A stretch of 64,000 nt of DNA from NCBI GenBank assembly GCA_023140385.1, contig JAGLLT010000002.1, forward strand, positions 24,295 through 88,294. Direction: 5' to 3'. The position numbers were made by a program, and so were the translations under genes. The notes under the pieces are model-generated. The model made no database searches. It was not told the origin of the DNA and was given only the letters and a program-made list of their open reading frames with translations. The stretch comes from Candidatus Omnitrophota bacterium. GTDB lineage: Bacteria > Omnitrophota > Gorgyraeia > JAGLLT01. Below, piece after piece: positions 46,885 through 58,044 of the stretch (position 1 is the stretch's first letter; every line of letters starts with the position of its first letter).

Positions 46885-47655
46885 ATGAAGAAAATATCTG
46901 ATTATTGGGACAAAAAAGCTAAGCAATTAAAGCAGGACCCCGCGGCTACAATGGGCGATGTTTGCTTGCGGGAATTAGAAATTAATTCGATTGTAAGACA
47001 ATTAAAAAAGACCGATGAAGTGCTTGATGTTGGCTGCGGTAACGGATTTACGACTGCTATATGCGCGGAAAAAGTAAAGAGTATAATCGGTATTGATTTT
47101 TCAGAAGAGATGATTAATCAGTCAAATCAAGTAATGAATTCTCTAAAAAAGAAGTTAAAGAACATAAAATTTCGCCAAATGGATATATTAAATCTTGAAT
47201 TTGAAAAAAATAGTTTTGATGCCGCGATAAGCGAAAGGTGTCTAATTAATGTCCAAAGTTGGCAAAACCAAAAAAAAGCTTTACTGCAGTTAAAGAAGGT
47301 CATTAAACCAAAAGGATTTCTTTTAATGATAGAAGGTACAACGCAGGGCTTAGCATGCTTGAATAAAGCCAGAAAAAAAATTGGTTTACACGAAATAAAA
47401 AAACATTGGCACAATGTTTTATTTGATAAAAAATTATTTAACAGATTCATTAAACGACACTTTAAAGTAATTGATATTCAATCTTTTGGATCTTATTATT
47501 TCATTTCCCGAATAGTTCATCCATTATTAGTCATGCCAAAAGAACCGCGATTTAAAGCGAAAATTAATCAAATAGCACGGAAGATAGCTTTGGAGATGCC
47601 CGCTTTTAATGATATTTCTATCAATAATCTTTACATACTACAACCAAAAAAATAA
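46885..47655 (+). CDS. Class I SAM methyltransferase
   Basis: VLDVGCGNG; GIDFS; SERCLIN. Confidence 0.87.
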   Translation: MKKISDYWDKKAKQLKQDPAATMGDVCLRELEINSIVRQLKKTDEVLDVGCGNGFTTAICAEKVKSIIGIDFSEEMINQSNQVMNSLKKKLKNIKFRQMDILNLEFEKNSFDAAISERCLINVQSWQNQKKALLQLKKVIKPKGFLLMIEGTTQGLACLNKARKKIGLHEIKKHWHNVLFDKKLFNRFIKRHFKVIDIQSFGSYYFISRIVHPLLVMPKEPRFKAKINQIARKIALEMPAFNDISINNLYILQPKK

Positions 47656-47676
47656 TTTATTCCGGATAATATAGCT

Positions 47677-48222
47677 ATGAAACTTATTTTTTTAGACAGG
47701 GACGGTGTAATAAATAAAGATACCCAGGGTTACGTGGCAAGCTGTGAAGAGTTTGAATTTATTCCCGGCTCTCTTGAAGCCATATTAAAGCTTAACACGA
47801 GCGGATATGAGATAAATATTATTTCTAATCAGGCAGGCATAGCCAAGGGCATCTATTCGGTAGAGGATCTCGAAAAAGTTAATAATAAAATGATGCGCGA
47901 GATCGAGAAGGTAGGTGGAAAAATAAATTCAGCTCAATATTGTATCCACGAGGACGAAGATAACTGCTTATGCCGTAAGCCGGCAACGGGTATGTTTAAA
48001 AAAGCGGTTAAAGGGCGCGATGTTGAATTTATGAAGTGTTACTTTATCGGGGATAAGATAAGCGATATTGCGGCCGGCAGGGCGATAGGCTGTAAGACGA
48101 TTTTGGTTTTATCAGGTAAGACAAAAAAAGAGGACGTTGCCTGCTGGAAAATTAAACCGGACTACATAAAAGAAAACCTGAAAGAGTCGGTTGACTGGAT
48201 ACTGCGTAAGGAAAAGAAATGA
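47677..48222 (+). CDS. gmhB: D-glycero-D-manno-heptose 1,7-bisphosphate phosphatase (HAD IIIA)
   Basis: FLDRDGVIN, SNQAGI, CIH...CLCRKP, IGDKISD. Confidence 0.85.
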   Translation: MKLIFLDRDGVINKDTQGYVASCEEFEFIPGSLEAILKLNTSGYEINIISNQAGIAKGIYSVEDLEKVNNKMMREIEKVGGKINSAQYCIHEDEDNCLCRKPATGMFKKAVKGRDVEFMKCYFIGDKISDIAAGRAIGCKTILVLSGKTKKEDVACWKIKPDYIKENLKESVDWILRKEKK

Positions 48223-49349
48223 AAATTTTAATTGTCTATGCTTCTGCCGGGGTTGGCCACAAGAAAGCGGCTGAGGCGGCCTATGAAGCCTTTAGCAAGG
48301 ATAAAGCCGGTTGTGAAGTTAAATTAGCCGATATACTGGACTACACTAATTCGGTAGTAAAGCGCGCCTATCCGGCTCTTTATCTTTTTACCATAAAGTA
48401 TATTCCCTCTGTCTGGGGGCTTATCTTTAAAATTACCAATAACAGAAAGTTTTACAAAATAATAATACCGCTAAAACTCCTGCTTGAGAGGCTGAACAGC
48501 CCGCGTTTTCAGGAGTATCTAAAAAAGGAAAAATTTGATGTTATTATATCTACCCATTTTTACTCATCGGCTATAGCAGGGATTTTAAAAAGAGTTAAAG
48601 CTATTAATAGTAAACTGATTACCGTTGTAACCGATTACCTGGTGCACTCATTCTGGCTGACGGCCGAAAATGACTATTTTGTTGTAGCTTCATCTAAAGC
48701 CCGGGAAGAGCTTTTAAGGGATGGGATAGCCGATGAAAAGATAAAGGTTCTGGGTATTCCTGTCGGAGGGAAGTTTCTGCTTAAGAAGGATAGCGCCCGG
48801 ATAAAAGATAAGCTTAACCTGCGGCCGAAAAAAATAACCATGCTGATTATGGGAGGCGGTTTTGGTGTAGGGCCCTACGAATATCTTTTGAAAGAGCTTT
48901 CACCTTTTAGTGAAAAGGTGGAGTTAATCTTTGTCTGCGGCTATAACGAAGGGCTTTATAAGAAGCTTAAGCTTCTTTCGGCCGCGCTCAAGACTGATGC
49001 CAAAATATTTAAGTACGTTGACAATATAGATGAGCTGATGGAGGCAAGCGACATACTTGTTAGCAAAGCCGGCGGCATAACTGTGAGTGAAGCCTTGGTT
49101 AAAGGAGTTCCTATACTGGCTATCAGGCCTATACCGGGGCAGGAAGAGTCAAATGCCAGGCTTATGCAGGAGCTAAAGGTTTTAAAAAACACCTCCAATA
49201 AGGAGGAAGCTCTCAGCTTTTTAAAAAACGTAATTGAAGAGCCGGATATCCTGGAAAAGATGAAAGAAAACGCCGGCCGGGCAGCCCGGCCAAAAGCGGC
49301 AGAGGAGTTGGTTAATCTTGCGGGAAGAATTGAGCGGGACTATAAATAA
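48219..49349 (+). CDS. MGDG synthase/UgtP-like GT28 glycosyltransferase
   Basis: SAGVGHKKAA, ISTHF, VVTDY-HSFW, GIPV, SKAGGITVSEAL, PIPGQEESN. Confidence 0.85.
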   Translation: MKILIVYASAGVGHKKAAEAAYEAFSKDKAGCEVKLADILDYTNSVVKRAYPALYLFTIKYIPSVWGLIFKITNNRKFYKIIIPLKLLLERLNSPRFQEYLKKEKFDVIISTHFYSSAIAGILKRVKAINSKLITVVTDYLVHSFWLTAENDYFVVASSKAREELLRDGIADEKIKVLGIPVGGKFLLKKDSARIKDKLNLRPKKITMLIMGGGFGVGPYEYLLKELSPFSEKVELIFVCGYNEGLYKKLKLLSAALKTDAKIFKYVDNIDELMEASDILVSKAGGITVSEALVKGVPILAIRPIPGQEESNARLMQELKVLKNTSNKEEALSFLKNVIEEPDILEKMKENAGRAARPKAAEELVNLAGRIERDYK

Positions 49350-50007
49350 GATAAAGCTATTGATTGAGACTGATGTTAATCTGGGTATAGATGAGTATTA
49401 TCTTATGGATAATGATTCAAGAGCTCTTAAGGTACGGCGGCTTGAGGAGTTGAGGGGCGAGGTCTTGAAGTGCCGGAAGTGCGCCCTTTCTAAAACCAGG
49501 AATAACGTGGTTTTTGGTGAAGGTGATCCGGATGCTGACTTACTCTTTGTCGGAGAGGCTCCCGGTAGGGACGAGGATTTGGCGGGCCGGCCCTTTGTCG
49601 GCCGCGCGGGAAAGCTTCTCACTAAAATTATAAATGCTATGGGGCTTACCAGAGAAAAGGTTTTTATTGCCAACATCTTAAAGGACAGGCCTCCCGCTAA
49701 CAGAAATCCCAAAGAGGAGGAGATTGACGCCTGCCGGGGATATCTGTTACGCCAAATTGAAATCATTGAACCAAAAGTAATCTGTGCTCTGGGAACTTTT
49801 GCCGCTCAGGTATTACTGAAGGTGGATACTCCAATCTCAAGGCTCAGAGGCAAATTCTACGATTACCATAATATCAAATTTATGCCCACCTATCATCCAG
49901 CTTATCTGCTTCGTAACTCTGAAGGTAAAAAGCCGGTCTGGGAAGATATGAAAAAGATAATGAACGAACTCGGCCTTAAAAACAATGATAGCTCAAGTTG
50001 TAGTTAA
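49318..50007 (+). CDS. Uracil-DNA glycosylase family 4 (Fe-S)
   Basis: CRKC, GEAPG, PFVGRAG, RPPANRNP, TYHPAYLLR. Start position is uncertain. Confidence 0.92.
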   Translation: MREELSGTINKIKLLIETDVNLGIDEYYLMDNDSRALKVRRLEELRGEVLKCRKCALSKTRNNVVFGEGDPDADLLFVGEAPGRDEDLAGRPFVGRAGKLLTKIINAMGLTREKVFIANILKDRPPANRNPKEEEIDACRGYLLRQIEIIEPKVICALGTFAAQVLLKVDTPISRLRGKFYDYHNIKFMPTYHPAYLLRNSEGKKPVWEDMKKIMNELGLKNNDSSSCS

Positions 50008-51982
50008 CAGGCCATTAAGAAAAGTCTTTGATTATGAAGTTCCCGCGGAGTTTCTTAATCTCTTAAAAATAGGCCATAGAGTTGAGATTATTTTCGCCGG
50101 TGTCCGCTTGGCCGGTTATGTAGTGGGTTTAAAGAAAGAGAGCCGGATAAAAAATTTAAGAAAAATTGAAAAGATTATTGACGAGGATCATCCTTTTAAC
50201 TCCAGACTGCTTACTGTCACCAGAGAAGTTGCCCGCTATTATCTTTGCGGCTGGGGAGAGGTGCTGGAGGCGGCTCGAGGCGTATGTTACAGCGGCAAAA
50301 AAATTAAATTAAAACCGGATGAACCGTTTCATAGGCAGGCCGGTCTTCATAAAAAACTTAAGACCACGGATTTAAAAGACACGCATAAAAAAGAACGCGA
50401 AGATATAATAGGCAAAATATCCGGGGGAGAATTTGAAGCCTTCCTTTACCAGCCGTCAAACCCGAAAGAAAAGATAGATTTTTATCTTCGGTTAATTCGC
50501 GAAATTTTAAGGTTGAAGAAAAGCATTATGCTTTTGGTGCCGGAGATTATGGCGGCAGACAGTATGCTTAAAAGACTGGAGCTAATTTGCCCCGAAGAGA
50601 CGGTGATGCTCCATAGCCGGCTTACGCAAAGGGAAAAAGATTATAATCTGCGCTTATTAAAAGAGCAAAAGGCGCGCCTTGTTATCGGTACGCGCTCGGC
50701 CATATTTGCTCCGCTAAACAATTTAGGCCTGATAATCGTTGATGAAGAAGAGTCAGGGCTTTTTAAAAAGCCTGACGCGCCCAAATTCAACGCTCAAAAA
50801 GCCGCCTTAATAAGGGCGGAGGTTGAATGTTGCCCCATTGTTCTATCCAGCCTGACGCCTTCCGTAGAGTCGTATTACTACGCCGCGAAGAAAAAATATA
50901 TTTTTATCGGAGAAAAAGAAAAAGCGCCTGTTTCTTCAAAGAGGGCGGTTATCGTAAACTTAAGAGATGAAGAGGATATCTACCGGAAAAAGAACCTTCT
51001 CTCATTTACTCTGAGAGAAAAGATTGAGAAGTCGTTAAAAAATAAAAAGAGTGTTGTTCTTTTATATAATCGCCGGGGTTTTTCAACCTTTGTCAGATGT
51101 AGTAAGTGCGGTTATAGCGCCGCTTGTCCCAAGTGCCGGATGAACTTGATTTATCATTACGACAAGAAAAAACTTCTCTGCCATTATTGCGGTTATAAGG
51201 CGGAGCCTCCAAAGCTATGTCCGGAGTGCAAAGGTTCTTACATTAAATATTCAGGCTTTGGCACGGAGAAGTTTGAGAGCGTTTTAAGACGTCTATATCC
51301 GGCGAGCAGAGTAGAGCGCCTTGATGTTGATACCGCCCGCCCAAAAGGCCGGAGGCAGAAAATTTTATCCAGCTACAATAAAGGGGATATTGATATTCTT
51401 ATCGGAACCAGGATTTTATCAAGAGGGGTTGATTTCAAAAATACCGGCCTGATAGGAATAATATCGGCTGATACTTTTATGCAGACAACTGATTTCAGGG
51501 GGCAGGAAAAGCTATTCAGACTTCTTTTTATGATAATAAATCGGGCTGCTTCTATGAAAGAAATTGAGATAGTTGTTCAGACTTTTTTGCCGACTCATTT
51601 TGTTATAAGGGACGCCGTTAAAATGGACCGCGCGGGATTTTACGAGCGAGAGTTAAGAGAAAGAGAGGAGCTGGAACTTCCTCCTTTTTATCACTTTAAT
51701 TGTATAAACCTACGCGGCAAAGATGAAGAGAAACTTATCAGGAAAATTAAAGAATTAAATAAGATTATCCTGCAGGAGGTGAAGAATTACAAAAACCTGA
51801 GTGTGATTGAAGCTGATCCGCTTAATATTATAAAGCAAAGAGGAAGTTACAGGCAGAATATAATTTTAAAAGGGAAAAAATTAACCGATATCTACGAAGT
51901 GATTAACAAAGGCCTTAAACTTTTTAAAAAGGGTTCTGATATTTTTGTAACTGTGGATATTGACAGCTTGGAGTACGCTTGA
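49985..51982 (+). CDS. priA: Primosomal protein N' (PriA) with degenerate helicase motifs
   Basis: FDY N-domain, LLVPEI, GTRSAIFAP, NRRGFS, four CxxC pairs, GFGTEK, VQT, LPPF, VDID. Walker A is not recognisable. Confidence 0.88.
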   Translation: MIAQVVVNRPLRKVFDYEVPAEFLNLLKIGHRVEIIFAGVRLAGYVVGLKKESRIKNLRKIEKIIDEDHPFNSRLLTVTREVARYYLCGWGEVLEAARGVCYSGKKIKLKPDEPFHRQAGLHKKLKTTDLKDTHKKEREDIIGKISGGEFEAFLYQPSNPKEKIDFYLRLIREILRLKKSIMLLVPEIMAADSMLKRLELICPEETVMLHSRLTQREKDYNLRLLKEQKARLVIGTRSAIFAPLNNLGLIIVDEEESGLFKKPDAPKFNAQKAALIRAEVECCPIVLSSLTPSVESYYYAAKKKYIFIGEKEKAPVSSKRAVIVNLRDEEDIYRKKNLLSFTLREKIEKSLKNKKSVVLLYNRRGFSTFVRCSKCGYSAACPKCRMNLIYHYDKKKLLCHYCGYKAEPPKLCPECKGSYIKYSGFGTEKFESVLRRLYPASRVERLDVDTARPKGRRQKILSSYNKGDIDILIGTRILSRGVDFKNTGLIGIISADTFMQTTDFRGQEKLFRLLFMIINRAASMKEIEIVVQTFLPTHFVIRDAVKMDRAGFYERELREREELELPPFYHFNCINLRGKDEEKLIRKIKELNKIILQEVKNYKNLSVIEADPLNIIKQRGSYRQNIILKGKKLTDIYEVINKGLKLFKKGSDIFVTVDIDSLEYA

Positions 51983-52017
51983 TGAGGTCTGGCGGCAGAA
52001 CAGCCGCGGGAGGCCAT

Positions 52018-53427
52018 TTAGTGTTTCTCTTTATTGCGATAGGCCTGTTCGATTTTTTGAGATACGTCTTTATAGTTTATGTCGACTTCGTAGATTTTCT
52101 TAAACTCATTTATAGCTTCAGAAAATTGCTCCATCGTTTCATAGGCGCATCCCAGATTATAAATTATATCTTTGGTTTTATCCGAAATCTCAGGAGTCAG
52201 GGAAAGAGCCTTTTTAAACTGGGTAATGGCCAAATCAAGCATATTCTTTTCTTTGAAGCACAGCCCCAGCATATTTAGCGAAGCACTTCTGCGGCCGGGG
52301 TCTTTTACAGATTCCTGAAACTGGCCGATGGCTTCATCAAACACACCTTTTTCTTTAAGTAAAAGCCCGTATTTGTAGCGAAGAGACATATCATTGGGTA
52401 GCTTTGCAACGCTTTCTTTTATTCGTTCAAAGTGGATATCGTTTTTACATTTTTCCAGCTCGTCAATTTTTTCCTTAAATGCCCGGTTTTCAGGGTCATC
52501 GGCTTGATTTTGCTTAAGGCGTGAGAGCTCTTTTTCAATTTTTTTTATTTTAAGACTTTCAATATTCCTTAAGGCTACTTCATTATTAGGTTTAAAAGAG
52601 AGAATTTTTGTATATAGTTCATTAGCTTCATCAAAAAACTTTTTAACTTTATAGTAGTCCGCCAATCTGAATAACATAGAGGTATTTTCAGGGTCGCCTT
52701 TCAGTTTTTCTTTGAGGTTTTGAATAAGGTAATCAATGTCTTCATCGCTCTTAGCTATTCTTGCTTCTTTTTCGAGTTTACTTGCTTCATCTTTATCCTG
52801 AATTTTGCTTCTGAAGGTATCCTGATCCGCCCAGCCGTCTTTTTCTATCGTTTTTAAAGCTGCCAGGTCCTTTAAGCCTTTTTGAACATCCGCGTCATTA
52901 GAAGATAGTTGGTGTGCTCTTAAGTAGTAACTTTGTGATTTATTAAAATCTTCCTTATCTTTATACAGCATGCCTAACTTTTTGAGCGCTTCAAGGTTGT
53001 TTTCATCCAGGCTCAAGCCTTCCTGATAGGTTTTTAGGGCGCTTTCTTTCATTTCCAGATTTAAGAATACTGCCCCCAGCTTAATGAATATTTTGGCGTT
53101 TAGCGGGTCAAAACTTAGAGCTTTTTCGTACTCTTCGAGGGCTTCATTCATCTTGCCGCGCAGCTCTAACTTTTTCGCGTTTAGCATATAGGTTTGCGCT
53201 TTTACTTTGTTCGCGCCGGCGCTAAGAAAGGAGGGAGGATTTTCCTGGAATTTTTTCATCTTGGTCAGGTGGAGGAAGTGGCGAGTATCAGCCAGTTTTA
53301 CGTCTAACAAGAGAGCATGGCTGAAGAGTTCAACGGCGTAATCGTAATTACGCCTTCTAAAAGCCTCCTCGCCCTTTTTTACGTATTGTTCTATCTCTTT
53401 TGGCAGTGCCTTTTCATTTTCACTCAT
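52018..53427 (-). CDS. Tetratricopeptide-repeat protein
   Basis: Repeated TPR-like helices (A..YEKAL..DP.N; YNLGCAYE...EAI..FK); GGGAG RBS. Confidence 0.88.
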   Translation of the reverse strand: MSENEKALPKEIEQYVKKGEEAFRRRNYDYAVELFSHALLLDVKLADTRHFLHLTKMKKFQENPPSFLSAGANKVKAQTYMLNAKKLELRGKMNEALEEYEKALSFDPLNAKIFIKLGAVFLNLEMKESALKTYQEGLSLDENNLEALKKLGMLYKDKEDFNKSQSYYLRAHQLSSNDADVQKGLKDLAALKTIEKDGWADQDTFRSKIQDKDEASKLEKEARIAKSDEDIDYLIQNLKEKLKGDPENTSMLFRLADYYKVKKFFDEANELYTKILSFKPNNEVALRNIESLKIKKIEKELSRLKQNQADDPENRAFKEKIDELEKCKNDIHFERIKESVAKLPNDMSLRYKYGLLLKEKGVFDEAIGQFQESVKDPGRRSASLNMLGLCFKEKNMLDLAITQFKKALSLTPEISDKTKDIIYNLGCAYETMEQFSEAINEFKKIYEVDINYKDVSQKIEQAYRNKEKH

Positions 53428-53458
53428 TCCAAAACTCCCTTTTTCTTAGGCTGACCAT

Positions 53459-53487
53459 ATTATAAATTACCACCCGCCCTTTGTCAA
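53459..53487 (-). promoter_or_regulatory. Consensus sigma70 promoter for the TPR gene
   Basis: Minus strand TTGACA (53487-53482), 17 bp spacer, TATAAT (53464-53459); an exact consensus match. Confidence 0.85.
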
Positions 53488-53516
53488 TAAAAGAAAAAAA
53501 GAGGCGGATTTATTTT

Positions 53517-53545
53517 TTGACTTTAGGGTTTATTCTTGATATACT
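53517..53545 (+). promoter_or_regulatory. Sigma70 promoter for fmt
   Basis: TTGACT (53517-53522), 17 bp spacer, TATACT (53540-53545) preceded by TG (extended -10). Confidence 0.75.
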
Positions 53546-53593
53546 CATCCTGAACGGGAAAAGCGTAAAGTGTAAAAATTCCCCCCTTGGAGA

Positions 53594-54538
53594 GTGGATA
53601 TGAAAGTGGTTTTTTTTGGTACCTCGGTGTTTGCTCTTAAAACAGCTGATTATCTAAAAAACTCAGACTATGAGCTATTAGCTGTGGTAACACAGCCTGA
53701 CCGGCACGGAGGTCGTAGTATGCGTGTTGTCCAGTCTCCGATTAAGGAGTGGGCGCTTGAAAACAAAGTGGTTTTGCATCAGTTTGAAGACTTAAATGAA
53801 GCCGGGCCGCTGTTAAGAAGCCTGGTGGCGGACGTGTTTGTGGTGGCGGCTTACGGGACATTTCTGCCGGTTAGTATTATAAATATTCCAAGTCTACTTT
53901 CGATAAACGTACATCCTTCTCTCTTGCCTGAATATAGAGGGGCGGCGCCGGTAAACAGGGCTATTATCGACGGCAGAACGGAAACGGGAGTGACAATTTT
54001 TAAGATAAGTGAACAAATGGATGCCGGTGATATAATATGCCGGCAAAAGGTAAAAATTGATGAGGGGGAGACCAGCTTAATGCTGGACAAAAGGCTTTCA
54101 GATATTGGCGGCCGGATGGTTATTGAAGCCCTGGACATGATTCGGGATAACAGGTTAAAGCTTATTTCTCAAGACAACTCTCTGGCTACTTTTGCTCCAA
54201 AGCTGAAGAAAGAGGACGGGCGCATAGACTGGATGAGAGACGCGGGGGACATTTACAATCATATAAGAGGAGTCTCCGGCTGGCCGGGCGCTTTTTGCGG
54301 GCATAAAGGCAGGCTTCTTAAAATATACGAGAGCAAACCGGTGACAGGTGAAGGAGTTGAGAAGGGCGGCAAGCCGGGTGAAGTTGTATCTTTAGAAAAA
54401 GGTAAGGCTATTACGGTTAAGGCCGCTAATGGCTATCTCAGAATTCTTAAGCTTCAGCTGGAAGGAAAAAAAGTCCTTAACTCAGAGCAGTTCATCATCG
54501 GCTATGATATGAAGGAAGGTGATGTGCTAACCTCTTGA
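53594..54538 (+). CDS. fmt: Methionyl-tRNA formyltransferase
   Basis: FFGTS, VVTQPDR, VAAYG, NVHPSLLPEYRGAAP, MDAGD, APKLKKEDG. Start may be the ATG at 53600. Confidence 0.95.
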   Translation: MDMKVVFFGTSVFALKTADYLKNSDYELLAVVTQPDRHGGRSMRVVQSPIKEWALENKVVLHQFEDLNEAGPLLRSLVADVFVVAAYGTFLPVSIINIPSLLSINVHPSLLPEYRGAAPVNRAIIDGRTETGVTIFKISEQMDAGDIICRQKVKIDEGETSLMLDKRLSDIGGRMVIEALDMIRDNRLKLISQDNSLATFAPKLKKEDGRIDWMRDAGDIYNHIRGVSGWPGAFCGHKGRLLKIYESKPVTGEGVEKGGKPGEVVSLEKGKAITVKAANGYLRILKLQLEGKKVLNSEQFIIGYDMKEGDVLTS

Positions 54539-54552
54539 TTTAAAAGAGGTTA
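54528..54552. terminator. 9-bp inverted repeat over the fmt stop codon (hairpin or operator)
   Basis: TAACCTCTT-gatttaa-AAGAGGTTA. There is no strong U-tract, so function is uncertain. Confidence 0.4.
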
Positions 54553-54606
54553 TCTATTGTTGGGTATAAGCCCGAAGCTCGCGGAAGGCTTTTTTAGTAA
54601 ATTTAG

Positions 54607-56881
<2,275 letters not shown>

Positions 56882-56892
56882 GGATATTAAAT

Positions 56893-57666
56893 ATGCCGAG
56901 ACGCTTACTTATCGCGGGTAACTGGAAGATGAACAAGACGGCCACTGAGGCTATCCAGTTGGCAGCGGAAATAAAACGCGAACTTTTTGATGTAGACGGG
57001 CTTGATATTCTGGTTTGTCCGCCGTTTACAGCTTTAGTGGCGGTACAGGATGTATTAGGCAGTTCAATAATAGAGCTGGGCGGCCAGAACATGCACTTTG
57101 AAGAAAAAGGCGCTTATACCGGCGAGATATCAGGGCCTATGCTTAAAGATGCCGGCTGTAAGTATGTTATTCTGGGGCATTCGGAAAGAAGGCATGTCTT
57201 TGGTGAGTTGGATGAGGAGATAAATAAGAAGGTAAAAACGGCCATTTCCGACAGGCTGATACCGATACTGTGTGTCGGTGAAAAATTAGAAGAGCGGGAG
57301 GCCGATAGGACTTCTGATGTGGTCCGCGGCCAGCTTGAGGCCGGTTTGATTGACATTGATTTAACGGATAGCGCGAAGCTTGTGATTGCCTATGAACCTG
57401 TCTGGGCTATAGGAACCGGAAAGACGGCTACCAGCCAACAGGCTCAGGAGGTTCATCTGTTTATCAGAGGTTTATTGAATGATAGGTATGGTGTTGATAT
57501 ATCACAGGGTATCCGTATTCTCTACGGCGGCAGTATAAAGCCCGCCAATATCGAGGAGCTGATAAAGGAGCCCGATGTTGACGGCGGTTTGATAGGAGGA
57601 GCAAGTTTGGAGGCCGGCTCTTTTTGTGAGATAGTGAAAAAATCCAATACGGCCCCTAATATCTAA
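56893..57666 (+). CDS. tpiA: Triosephosphate isomerase
   Basis: AGNWKMN, GHSERR, AYEPVWAIGTG, YGGS, GGASL. Confidence 0.98.
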   Translation: MPRRLLIAGNWKMNKTATEAIQLAAEIKRELFDVDGLDILVCPPFTALVAVQDVLGSSIIELGGQNMHFEEKGAYTGEISGPMLKDAGCKYVILGHSERRHVFGELDEEINKKVKTAISDRLIPILCVGEKLEEREADRTSDVVRGQLEAGLIDIDLTDSAKLVIAYEPVWAIGTGKTATSQQAQEVHLFIRGLLNDRYGVDISQGIRILYGGSIKPANIEELIKEPDVDGGLIGGASLEAGSFCEIVKKSNTAPNI

Positions 57667-57670
57667 AGTT

Positions 57671-57697
57671 TACACATAAGGTTCAACCTTGTGTGTA
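57671..57697 (+). other. Intergenic stem-loop between tpiA and secG
   Basis: TACACATAAGG-TTCAA-CCTTGTGTGTA, an 11-bp stem with one G-U pair; no U-tract. Confidence 0.55.
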
Positions 57698-57714
57698 GGG
57701 TTAGAGGAGGTAAG

Positions 57715-58044
57715 ATGTTTACAGTTCTTATAATAGTACATGTTATTGTTAGCCTTATTTTAATTGCCTTGGTTTTATTACAGCCGGGTGAGGGGAAGGG
57801 GCTTTCTGAGACTTTTGGCGGGGGAGTTGCCGAGTCAATCCTGGGTTCAAAAGCAAATAGCTTTTTAATTAAGGCTACCGGAGTGATGGCCGCTGTTTTT
57901 TTCGTTATCTGTGTAACTCTAACGATTATGACTGCCGGTAGAAGCAGGTCACTGCTTGAAAATGAAAGTATTGTGACTGAAGAGTCTCAGAAAATACAGG
58001 CAGCTGAACCTGAACCTTCTCAAGATGAACCGACTCAAAAGTAA
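57715..58044 (+). CDS. secG: Preprotein translocase subunit SecG
   Basis: ATG at 57715 after GAGGAGG; two TMs with LVLLQ-G-GL--FGGG; located after tpiA. Confidence 0.92.
   Translation: MFTVLIIVHVIVSLILIALVLLQPGEGKGLSETFGGGVAESILGSKANSFLIKATGVMAAVFFVICVTLTIMTAGRSRSLLENESIVTEESQKIQAAEPEPSQDEPTQK

Noticed and set aside
51986-52016. GC hairpin between convergent priA and TPR genes as a bidirectional terminator
   Set aside because: Core stem is only about 5 bp (GCGGC/GCCGC) with no U-tract on either strand; too weak to call.
51979-52278. 99 aa + strand ORF after priA
   Set aside because: Almost wholly antisense to the TPR gene; no family features.
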